A stretch of 64,000 nt of DNA from Callorhinchus milii (Eukaryota). Position 1 is the stretch's first letter, and each line of letters opens with the position of its first letter. Positions 33,039-43,768 of the stretch are shown here, in pieces. The notes beneath the pieces were generated by a model. The model made no database searches. It was not told where the DNA came from and saw only the letters and a program-made list of their open reading frames with translations. Position numbers and translations under genes: made by a program. The stretch covers positions 11,036,001 through 11,100,000 of the forward strand of contig NW_024704749.1 in NCBI RefSeq assembly GCF_018977255.1, written 5' to 3'.

Positions 33039-36000
33039 GCGTCCCTCCTGTTTTTGTTGCTCATCAAGTATTTGAAGAGAACGAATTACTGTCTGGAAAC
33101 CAGACGCCTGGATGGCAAAACTGTGCTCATTACAGGTCAGTACAGGCTGGGCATGGGCAGGGGTGGGCATGGGCTGGGCAGGGGCTGGGCTAGGCATGGG
33201 CAGGGGTGGGCATGGGCAGGTCTGGGCATGGGCAGGGGTGGGCATGGGCTGGCAGGGGCTGGGCAGGGGTGGGCAGGGCTGGGCAGTGCAGGGCAGGGCA
33301 GGGCAGGGCAGGGGCTGGGCAGGGCAGGGCAGGGCAGGGGCTGGGGCTGGGGCTGGGCAGGGGCTGGGGCAGGGGTGGGCATGGGCTGGCAGGGGCTGGG
33401 GCAGGGGTGGGCATGGGCTGGGCAAGGCAGGGCAGGGCAGGGCAGGGGCTGGCAGGGCAGGGCAGGGCAGGGCAGGGCAGGGGCTGGGCAGGGCAGGGCA
33501 GGGCTGTGCAGGGCAGGGGNNNNNNNNNNNNNNNNNNNNNNNNNNNNNNNNNNNNNNNNNNNNNNNNNNNNNNNNNNNNNNNNNNNNNNNNNNNNNNNNN
33601 NNNNNNNNNNNNNNNNNNNNNNNNNNNNNNNNNNNNNNNNNNNNNNNNNNNNNNNNNNNNNNNNNNNNNNNNNNNNNNNNNNNNNNNNNNNNNNNNNNNN
33701 NNNNNNNNNNNNNNNNNNNNNNNNNNNNNNNNNNNNNNNNNNNNNNNNNNNNNNNNNNNNNNNNNTGGGTTTGCGGCCGATAATTCCAGACTCAATGAGA
33801 ATAAACCCTCAAGAAAAACAAACAACAATAACTTGGGTCACTTGAACTCGTGGCTGTTCGCGGGGACGTCGCTGAGCGCAATTGGCTGCCGAGGTTTCGC
33901 CCGCAAAGTGCAAGCATATCCCGTGAAGCGCTTTGAGGCGTCTCGAAGACGCGATGAAAGCTCTGTATCAAATGCAAGGATTGTTGTTGTTGTTGTTGTT
34001 ATCAGTCATAATCCTTGCATTTGACATTGCGCCTTATCGCCGGGTCAAGACGTCTCGAAGCGCTTCGCGCGCTACACCGTCGCGTGTAGTGACTGCGCAC
34101 TTTGTGGGTGAAACGCGGCAGCTAATTTTCGCACAGCGACGTCCCCGCAAACAGCCGCGGGTTGAAGTGACCGACTTATTATTATTGATATTATTACTAT
34201 TATTAGTACTATTTATTTCGAATATTTTTTGAGACTTCTCGAACATCAACATCAAGTGCAGAGATTATTATTATTTTTTATTATTATTTATTGTTATTAT
34301 TATTTATTATTATTTATTATTCATTATTGTTATTATTTGTTATTCATTGTNNNNNNNNNNNNNNNNNNNNNNNNNNNNNNNNNNNNNNNNNNNNNNNNNN
34401 NNNNNNNNNNNNNNNNNNNNNNNNNNNNNNNNNNNNNNNNNNNNNNNNNNNNNNNNNNNNNNNNNNNNNNNNNNNNNNNNNNNNNNNNNNNNNNNNNNNN
34501 NNNNNNNNNNNNNNNNNNNNNNNNNNNNNNNNNNNNNNNNNNNTATTTATTGTTATTATTTATTATTACTATTATTATTATTTATTATTCATCATTAACT
34601 GAGAGCGTTGCTGTCGCAGGAGGGAACTCTGGGATCGGGAAGGAGACGGCAGTCCACCTGGCCCGGCGAGGAGCGAGGGTCATCATCGCGTGCCGGGACC
34701 CCGTCCGGGCAGAAGCCGCGGTCACGGACATCCGCCGGCGCAGCCTCAGCCTGGCCGTCCACCACCGGCAGCTGGACCTGGCCAGCCTGGCCTCCGTCAG
34801 GCACTTCTGCCGGTGTTTCCTGGAGGCGGAGAAGCGCCTGGACGTCTTGATCAACAATGCAGGTGCGGTCGGTCGGTCGGTCGGTCAGGGCCTGGCGTGC
34901 GGCTCAGTGCTCCGTAAGGCGTAGCGACTGTGTATTTTGTTGGCGAAACGCGGCGGACAGTTGTGGACCGAGTGACCCAATTCGGGATGTCTTGGGAGGC
35001 GAATCGACTGCGTGTTTTGTCCCCCTGCTTCGTGCCCGGAGTCGAACCCAGGTCCTGGCGAGGCAAGTTCGCTAACTGCTCCGCTCCAGGGCTCCACGTG
35101 TAACTTGTCGCTGTTGTTGTTTTTTCCCGCAGGAACGCCGGGCAGATTGGGCTGGACCTCTGACGGCTTCCAGATCTGCTTCGGAACCAACCACCTGGGC
35201 CCCTTCCTCCTCACCAACCTCCTGCTGGACCGGCTGAGGGAATCGGCGCCCAGCCGAGTAGTGACCGTGAGCTCCGACACCTACACCTTCGCCAAGCTGG
35301 ACTTCTCCCGTCTGAACGCCGAGGGCAACCGGTTCGCCAACTACAGCCGGAGCAAACTGGCCAACATCCTCTTCACCAGAGAGCTGGCACGGCGACTGGA
35401 GGGAACCGGGGTCACAGCTCACTCCTTGCACCCAGGTAATCCTCGGCCAAGAACCACAGCCCCGCCACCCGTGTCAGGCGGAGCTGGTGACTGATGGGCT
35501 TTCTTGTTATGGCTTGGACCCCCCCGTCAGGTTAGTGCGTTGCCCTGAGTTCCCTTCTCAAGACCCTCTTCTGCGACTTTAAACCTCACTCCCCATCGGG
35601 TGGACCTTAAAGATCCCACAGCGCTATTGGAAAAGAGACAGTAGTTTCTCTCTCTCTCTCTCTCTCTCCTCCCTCCCTCTCTCTCTCTCTCTCTCTATCC
35701 TGGTGATCCCAAAGATAATCTCAGTTGCCCACTTCATGGCTGTTTGTGGGATATTTTGTCCCAGTGAAGCCCTTTGAGATGTTCTGGCGTGACAGGCACT
35801 GTTATCAAACCAAGCACTGTTGTCAATTAATGTTGTTCGGGTCGTGTTGTGGTTTATTCCCAGGTTACATCTTCACCAACTGGGCCTCTCACTACTCCCT
35901 GGGGGTCCGCTTGGTCTGCTACCTATTCATGTCCCTGTTTTTCATCTCGAGTGAGCTAGGGTCACAGACCACCATCCACTGCGCCACATCCGACCAGGTC

Positions 36001-36126
36001 CTCGCACACAACGGTGGATATTTCTCCAACTGCCAACCGGCCAAACTCTCAGCCCAAGCCCTGGACGAGGGGGCAGCCAAAAAGCTATGGGACACCAGCG
36101 AACAACTGGTGGGGTTAAGCCACTGA
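32625..36126 (+). CDS. Short-chain dehydrogenase/reductase, DHRS13/RDH11-14-like (5' partial; start codon not visible, probably in the N gap)
   Basis: Exons <32625-33135, 34620-34862, 35133-35435, 35864-36126 (TGA); all introns phase 1 and GT-AG. Motifs: [18 protein letters not shown] (Rossmann TGxxxGxG), [21 protein letters not shown], catalytic YSRSK, SLHPG. A hydrophobic anchor ([10 protein letters not shown]) precedes the domain. Confidence 0.85.
33140..33519 (+). repeat. (GGGCA/GGGCT)n G-rich satellite in intron 1 of the SDR gene
   Basis: Directly visible runs of GGG separated by 2-3 nt; runs into an N gap. Confidence 0.9.
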
Positions 36127-36546
36127 GAGAGACAGAGACAGAGAGAGAGAGGGAGAGATGCTTTTGACCCATCTTGGCTGTCACCAATGGAGCCACAGAA
36201 CTTCTGAACGTAAGAATTTTTTGCCAGGTGAAAGAAGACCAAGTTCATCCAGTTCACCTTCCACCATCTTGCCGGGCGCTTGCACATGTCATGTCCCGAA
36301 CAATATGCCGTATCCCCGAGATATTATTTCCTAACAGAAATCTATCCTTTTTACTTTCGGAAACACTCGACACCTTCTGCCTCCACTGTCTGGTCTCCCT
36401 CGGGAACCCGTTCCATACTTTTACTACTCGCTCACTGTACCCCCAGGCCAAGGATTCTACCTGGTAAGACGGGTGAAATGTCGCAGTTCCTGATCTGTGT
36501 CCTGGGCAGGTTTGACTCCACTGAGGAGAACGTGAGTGCATCTGCA

Positions 36547-36952
36547 GTGGAGTCCTGTAGCTCAGTGGTTAGAGCCCTCGCCTCGCAAGCGAGAGGACCC
36601 AGTTCAATTCCCGGGCGGGTCAGGTCGAAACCTTATAAGATAAGATTCCTCGGTCCAGACACACGCCTCTGTTTACCCAGCAGTGAGTAGAAACCTGTCT
36701 GTTAGTCAATGCTCTTCTGGGGTCAATAATCCCTTCAAAACTAAAAAAAATAATAATTTGGTTACTCAATCCACCCTGTTTGTGGGGACGCTGCTGTGCG
36801 CAATTGGCTGCCACATTTCGCCCACAAAATACAATGACAAAAGTCAGTTCACTTTCCAGCGTATCCTGAGAAGCGCTTTGAGAGGTCTCGAAGACGTGAT
36901 AAGGCGCTGGGTCAAATCCCAGGATTATTATTATTATTATTATTATTACTAT
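36547..36952 (+). mobile_element. tRNA-derived SINE, full length
   Basis: Head GTGGAGTCCTGTAGCTCAGTGGTTAGAGC...AGTTCAATTCCC; tail GGATTATTATTATT. Confidence 0.88.
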
Positions 36953-38123
36953 TGTCTGTGTGGAGACTGTCCTCAACATATACTGAGTGACCTCCGCATT
37001 CTCGAGGGAGAGGGAGAGAGAGAGAGAGAGTGGAGACCTGCAGGCAATGCTGTATTATGCTTTGAGACATCAAAACGACATATTAAGGCATTATATCAAG
37101 CACAGGTATTATAATTATTATTATTACTAACCTCAACGCAGTGATTCTCACTCACTGTAACACTCCTCTCTTTCTCACCCCACCCCACCATTATAATCCT
37201 CACTTCTCCTCTCTCTGCCCACCATATTATCACCTATATTTTATTTTAAGATTAAACTTATTTTATTTATAATCTGCTGAAACTGTTTCTGGAATATGGG
37301 TGGAATATGTTTAGTTCCACACGTTGATGTGTTTGCCACCGTTGGTTATTAAGGGAAACTAAACCTGTGATCGCACACACGTGCCCACATACACGCACTG
37401 ACACGCGCTTCCTGTGAGCAGTCACATTTAAAATAAATTTATACATTTTCGCACAGCGAGTTGTTGGGTTCTGGAATGCGTTGGCGGAAAGCAGATTCGA
37501 TAACAGCTTTTAAGAGACAAGGAGATAATTATTTGGGGAGGACAAGTTTGCAGGGCTGTGGGGAGAGAGCGGGTCGGGGGAGAGGGATAGAATCGGGAAA
37601 GCTCTTTTAAAAGAGCCAGTCCGGACACGATGGGCCGAATGGCCTCCTTTTGCGCTGTATAATTCTATGATTCTATGTTATGTAGAGTCCTGTAACTCAG
37701 TGGTTAGAGCGCTCGCCTCGCAAGCGAGAGGAGCCAAGTTCGATTCCCGCGCGGGCCGACTGCTTAGGCGAGTTTCCTTACTCCACACGTCTCTGTTTAC
37801 CTAACGGTTAAGTAGGAACCCGGTTGTTAGTCAATTGGTGGATCGCTTTCCGGGGGTAATAGAAATGTATAGAAATCCTTTGTACAGTCCTGATCCCAAC
37901 CATAGATCCGAATGGGATCTTATTCCACACTCAGCAGACAACGACAACAACTTGTACTTACATAGCGCTCCTCGCGCAGGGTAGAGCCCAGAGCACCTGA
38001 CGACAGTACCTCTTCCTCCTTTGCCCACACCCTCCCCACACCCCCAGCCCCACCCCAGATCCCCCAAATGCTCCACAAACGAATCAGACAAAAGCCGATG
38101 ATTCTTAGCAAAGAAATAAAGTT

Positions 38124-38129
38124 TTTATT
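38124..38129 (-). terminator. CRYBA4 polyadenylation signal
   Basis: Minus-strand AATAAA about 80 nt after the stop codon. Confidence 0.7.
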
Positions 38130-38209
38130 CAGTTGAAAGCTGCTTGTGTGGAGCTTTGAAGATTAAAACGCGTCCTTGAAGAGCGTGCGGTGAAATCCAG
38201 TTGGCTTGA

Positions 38210-41039
38210 TTACTGCTGGACTCTGCGGATGGATTGGATCTGGAAGGTTTGCGAGTGAGATCCCCATTCTCGCCAGTGCTTGTACTCACCAGAATGGTGG
38301 TCGCACTCCATGATGAACTGGTAGCCACGGTATCCAGGGAATTGATAACACACCCACCTGGAGAGAGAAGGAACGTCAGGATTCAACATCAGGCAAACCA
38401 GGAACAGCTGGCGGTCAACTTGCTTGGAGTCAACCTTGCAAGCCAAGGCCCTAACGGGGAGGGTAGTCCTCGCTGGACAAGCAGCGGGGAAGCTGGCCAG
38501 ACAGCGCTCACAATGGCAAAGCTATGTGGTTTTAGCTGGACAGACTCCAGCAGTTACCCCCAACGCACACTCTGGGCTCCTTCCCCCCCCCCACCACCCC
38601 AAGCCTTGGCTCTTGCCAACCTGCGCCTAATTCTCTCTGGAATTAGGTAAGCAGGAGGCATCCCTCCAGGGGGAGAGAGAGAGAGAGAGCACATTCCATT
38701 CCAACAATCCGGGATTTCCGTGTGTAGGTGGGAGGCCTGGAGATCTCAGCTTGGGTTTGGAAACTCTTAAGCAACGGCGACGGGTTTCCTCATGAGTCAG
38801 ATGTAGAAAGGACCTTGAACGGCCGCCTCAGGGTGACAAAACAGACGACTTAATTGCGAAGCCAATTCCCTGGGGAGCGAGTAAAAGTTACCAGGTGACT
38901 TACGCTCCAGAATGGATGCGGAAGGATCCAACCTCGTTGTTGCACCAGCCCATGGCCTGCAGAGATGGGTAGTCATCAGCCAACTCGCCCTTCCTTCCCA
39001 GAAAGTTCTCTCTCTCGTACATGGACATCCTGCATTCACGGTGGTTCTGGTGGGAGGGAAGTTAAAGGGGGGGATTAAAGGGAAGAGCGAGCTATTCAGC
39101 GAAGGATTGTTTCTAGGAGCTTATTATTAATAATAATAATATTACTAATGACCCTCGCACTTGATGCAGCGCTTTTTCACATCTTCAAGATGTCTCAAAG
39201 CGCTTCACTGGATGTACTGTAAAGTGTAGTGACTGTATATTTTGTGGGTGAAACGCGGCAGCCAATTGCGCACAGCAGCGTCCCCACAAACAGTCGGGGA
39301 TTGTGTGACCAGATTATTATTAGTATTTTATTAAGGGATTATTACCCCCTGGAAAGCGATCCACCCATCGACTCACAACCGGGTTCCTGCGAGGTAAACA
39401 GCGGCGTGTGTGTGGAGTAAGGAAACTTGCCTAAGGTCGCACCCTCTCCCGCTTAGCTGGGAGTCGAACGTGTGTCCTCTCGTTTGCGGGGCGAGTGCTC
39501 TAACCCCTGAGCTACGGATGTACTTACAGCGCAGGCGATTGGTCGGAAGGAAGTCAGACGCTCGACGTGGTAGGCGTTGCTGCCACTCCAGCTATCCCAT
39601 CGTGGATACTCGCCTCGCTCCAGGATAAACTGCTGCCCTTGGAACCCAGAGTGTTCATAGCCAACCCAACTACACAGCAGAGAGAACGGCGGTCAGCAAT
39701 CATACCTGGACATCTGGCTTCTGCCCTCCACGGCCTTGCTCCTCCTTCCTTCCTCTGTGACCTGCTATCTCCATCCTAACCTGTCCATTCCCTCTGCTCC
39801 AGGTTTCCCTGCCCCCACCCTTTGGAACTCCATCCCACAGCCCCTCCGCCTCGACCCCTTCCCTCGCTCCCTTCAAGGCACGTCTCAAGGCACCTCCCCT
39901 ACGTCCGCACCTGCCGCCATCCTCCTACCCCCCACCCTCCCTGCCCTCCACCCCTCCTGATCCCAACCCCCAGCTCGCGTCCAAATCCCTGACTGTCCAG
40001 CGCCTTGGGACGTCCTCCAGACGTGACAGGCGCCGTGTGAATGTAACTTGTTGTTGTTGGCGTGTACCATGAATAACGCTGACATCTGTTGGCAGAACAC
40101 TGGTGCTGCACTCACCTTATCTTTAACAATGATAACTCTTACATTTGAGCCACTAAGTCCCGGAACTCTCTCCCTCTACCCCTCCGTCTTGCCCCCGTCT
40201 CCCCCATCTTCAGGTCGCGCCTGAAGACCTTCCTCTTCGGTCGTGCCTGTGGTCATCTCCCCCCCTCCCCCCCCACCCCGCCGGCTCGGTGTCAGACTCT
40301 GCCACTGTCGAGCTCTCTGGGGTGCTGTGTAAATGCAAGTTGTTGTTGGTCTCGTGCATTGCAGTTTCCTAGGCAGTCGAGAAAGTGCGAGACGTAAACT
40401 AGACACTCACGCTCCACTCTCCACCTTCATGGAGCGCACGGTTTCGAAGCCGGCCTCCATGATGTTGTAGCACTCAGCTGTGAACTCATGTCGACGGCCC
40501 TGGAAACACTCCTCATCCCAAACGATGATCTACAGGAGAGCAGAAAGAGACAGAGAGAGAGAGAAAGGTTGTCAGTGCTGAGGTGACGTGAAATGGTTAT
40601 AATAACAATAATGATCCTTGCATTTTATACAGCGCCTTATCACGTCGTTGATTAGTCTTAAAGCGCTTTGCAGAATATATCGCCAGGTGTATATTTTGTG
40701 GCCAAATGCGGCAGCCAATTGCTCACAGCAGAGTTCCTTCAAAACAGTCATGAATTCAGTGACCATATATTTTTTTGGAGGGCTTATTACCCACTGGAAA
40801 GCGATCCGACAATCTCCGAACAGCTGAGTTCCTACTGACTGCTGGTAAACAGAGGCATGTGGAGTAAGGAAACTTGCCCAACTTGCCTGGGAGTCAAACC
40901 CGGGTCCTCTTGCTTGCGAGGCGAGCGCTCTAACCACTGCACTACAGGACTGCACACTTGCCTCTCATTTCCCGGAGCCTGTGGTTGGGTAGGTACCTAC
41001 CTTCCAGTGGCTGGAGAATTTGGTGCAGTGAGACATCAT
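38210..41039 (-). CDS. CRYBA4: Beta-crystallin A4; 5 coding exons, 196 aa
   Basis: Exons 41039-41001 ([13 protein letters not shown]), 40529-40411 ([21 protein letters not shown]...), 39669-39528 ([24 protein letters not shown]...), 39046-38904, 38357-38210 ([48 protein letters not shown]). Sizes 39/119/142/143/148 nt, all GT-AG, one Greek-key motif per exon after the first. Head-to-head with CRYBB1 as in other vertebrates. Confidence 0.95.
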
Positions 41040-41579
41040 GAAAACGGTTTCCTCTCAAAGTTCTGAAAAGGCAAAGCCCCCAACCCCGAAAGAGAATGTT
41101 AACGCTTGCCGCTAATTGTGCCGTTTGACAGTCACTACACCTCGAAGTGTCTCGTTGTGAAGCGCACAGCGACACATTGGAGCTTCCACCTCTAACTCTT
41201 CCTCTCTATTTTTATTCTCTCTCATCCTCACGCTCTCTCTCTCTCTCCCACCCCCACTCCGTATTCCCCTTTCTCTCTTTCTTCTCTCTCTCTCGCCATC
41301 GTTTCCCCACTCTCGTGCTTTCCCTCTTCCCGCGCTCTCCCTTCCTCTCTCTGTCATTCCCCCTTTCATCTCTTATCTCTTTCTCTTCACTCTCACTCTC
41401 TTTCTCCTCTCTCTCCCTCTGCCCCGTCTCTTCCAATTAAGCAGAAACTTCCAAATAAATCCTCTTACGCGCAATCCCAAAATATTCCCTGGAAGCCTCC
41501 GTCACTCGCAACAAGCGGCCCCGCTAGTTAAACCAGTTCAGCAGTCTGTACTGCACGTTCGATGATTTCCTTTACTCAC

Positions 41580-41715
41580 CCACCTTGCCAAACCTGGGTT
41601 GAAACGAGCTGTAGTGAAGGGTATTTTCTGGCCTGGGTTTTTATAGCCTCCAGGGTAAGTGGAGTCAACGGTCTGTTGGAGTCCAGCATTGTTCAAATCC
41701 CTTGCTCAGCAACGT
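41580..41715 (-). promoter_or_regulatory. CRYBA4 promoter and non-coding exon 1
   Basis: Minus-strand TATAAAAA at 41645-41638; GTGAGT donor after 41580; exon 2 acceptor before 41062; Maf-like TGCTGAGCA at 41711-41703. Confidence 0.65.
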
Positions 41716-43269
41716 GGGAGGGCTTTCAACCTCAGCCATTTATTGTTCCGAACAACATACAGCTCTGGGCTGACCTATGGAGAACAGCGGGATACAGCCT
41801 GCAGACTGCAAACACATCACATCACATCGCCAACGATGACTGTGACCCTTTAACCTGCGAGTGTCTGTGTGTCTTGTGCTCGTTCAACAGGTCCATCCTC
41901 ACCTTTAAACCTGGCTGAGGACTATTGAGTCAAACCACAGCTGGTTACTTCACCCACAAAACACACAGTCGCTCCACTTTACAGTATATCCTGTGAAGCG
42001 CTTTTAGTCGTCTCGAAGACGTGATAAGGCACTATATCAAATGCCAGGATTATTATTATCATTATTATTATTATTGCGACGTCTCAAAGTGCTTCACGGA
42101 ACATATATTGTTAAGTGGATTGACTGTGATAGGCAATATAGACAGCACAAGACAGGTTTGAGTGAAGAAGGCACTCTATCAAATGCAAGGATCATTATTA
42201 TAATTATTATAAATGCACAGAAATGCACATTAACACTACAGTACATGAATGTAAATTGTGTTATAATGACTCGAGCATCTCTTTCGTTTGAATTTAGGGG
42301 TTAAATTGGATTAGGAGGAGATATTCCGGAAGGGGGAAATCAAGTAGACCAAAGGACCTTTGCCACGCAAACGTCACTTCTGAAGTGTGTTGTGGATGTG
42401 CTGTGAACAGTGCAAGTAATATCTCTCAATGTGGTGCCAACACTCCCTCCCTCCACACATTCCTCCCCCACCCACCCCCAATAGTTTATCACCCGCTCTC
42501 TATTCCCACAGCTCACTATATGTAACATGAAGATTGTTAAAAATGAGCGTTAGTTGGAGTAACTGATTAGGCCCCAGTTATGCACAACTCTAGATATCCA
42601 GCACTTCACACTCCAGCTTTCTGAAAGAAAACTTTCCTTTGCATTTTTAATAATCCTTAATAATGATAATAATCCTTCCATCTGATACAGCGCCTTATCA
42701 GGCCTTCAAATTGTCTTAAGCGCTTCACAGGATAGACTGTAAAGTGAATTGACTGCGTGTTTTGTGGGCGAAACGCGGCAGCCAATTGCGCACAGCAGCG
42801 TCCCCACAAACAGTCGTGGATTGACTGACCATTTATTTTTATTTTGAGGGATTATTTACTCCCAAAGAGCGATCTGTCAATCGACTAACAGGCGGGTACC
42901 TACTTACTGCAGGTAAACAGAGGAGTGTGTGCGTGGAGTAAGGAGACTTGCCTAAGGTTTGGCCTGGGAATCGAACCCGGGTCATCTTGCGAGGCGAGGC
43001 GAGAGGTCTAACCACCGAGCTACGGGACTCTCTCTTTTTGAGCCGCGCTGCGGGATCTTAAACCATCCACCTGGACAGTCGCAGGCGGGGAGTGAAGTTT
43101 AAGGCTCAGGGTCACTCTGGACCGATTAGCAAAAGTCATGAAGTCAGTCCTTTGGATTATTTTTTTTGTGTGGCGTCAGGAAAAACATGTAAACTGCGGA
43201 ACAATGCTGCGATGCCTGTTTCAGCTGACGGTGAATTGTGATTGTTCCAGCTCATTGAATCTGCTGCAG

Positions 43270-43424
43270 GAATAATGTGATGACTTCTGGGTTTGCGTGG
43301 CGGACTCTGATGAGCCGTCAGATCTATTGTCACCCTTCGTTCCGCGCCCGCTGTTGCCAGAGTATAAATTGACCGGTGATTTGTCAGTGGACACATATTC
43401 TCCCAGTCAGCGGCAGATCAACAG
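43270..43424 (+). promoter_or_regulatory. CRYBB1 lens promoter (two MARE-like elements, TATA box) and non-coding exon 1
   Basis: TGTGATGACT at 43276-43285; GACTCTGATGAGCCGTCAG at 43303-43321; TATAAA at 43363-43368; donor CAG|GTGAGC at 43424. Confidence 0.7.
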
Positions 43425-43768
43425 GTGAGCCAGCGAGCGAGCGAGCGAGCGGGAGAGGGGGTGAGAGTAGAGAGAGAAAGCGCTTGGGCGGGTGAGAGAA
43501 AGAGAGAGTGCAAGAGAGTGTGTGGGAGAGAGTATAGGTGTGGGAGAGGGAGAGAGAGAGAGAGAGTGTTTGAATGTGTGAGAGTATGCGTGAGAGAGAG
43601 ATAGAGCATGTGTGTGTGTGTGTGAGAGAAATTGTGCAAGACCCAGCCTGTGTGAAGGATGCTATAGAAATGCAAGTTGTTGTTGATTTCTTTTCCTCCC
43701 TCGCCCCCTCCTCCCCTCTCCCCTTCTCTCCCCCACCACTTTCCTCTCTCAGTTCGATATCAACCAGA

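Noticed and set aside
31484-33425. Long minus-strand ORFs (527 and 549 aa) and other frames across the repeats
   Set aside because: They arise from stop-free tandem repeats and N gaps; only the plus frame joining GKTVLITG has homology support.
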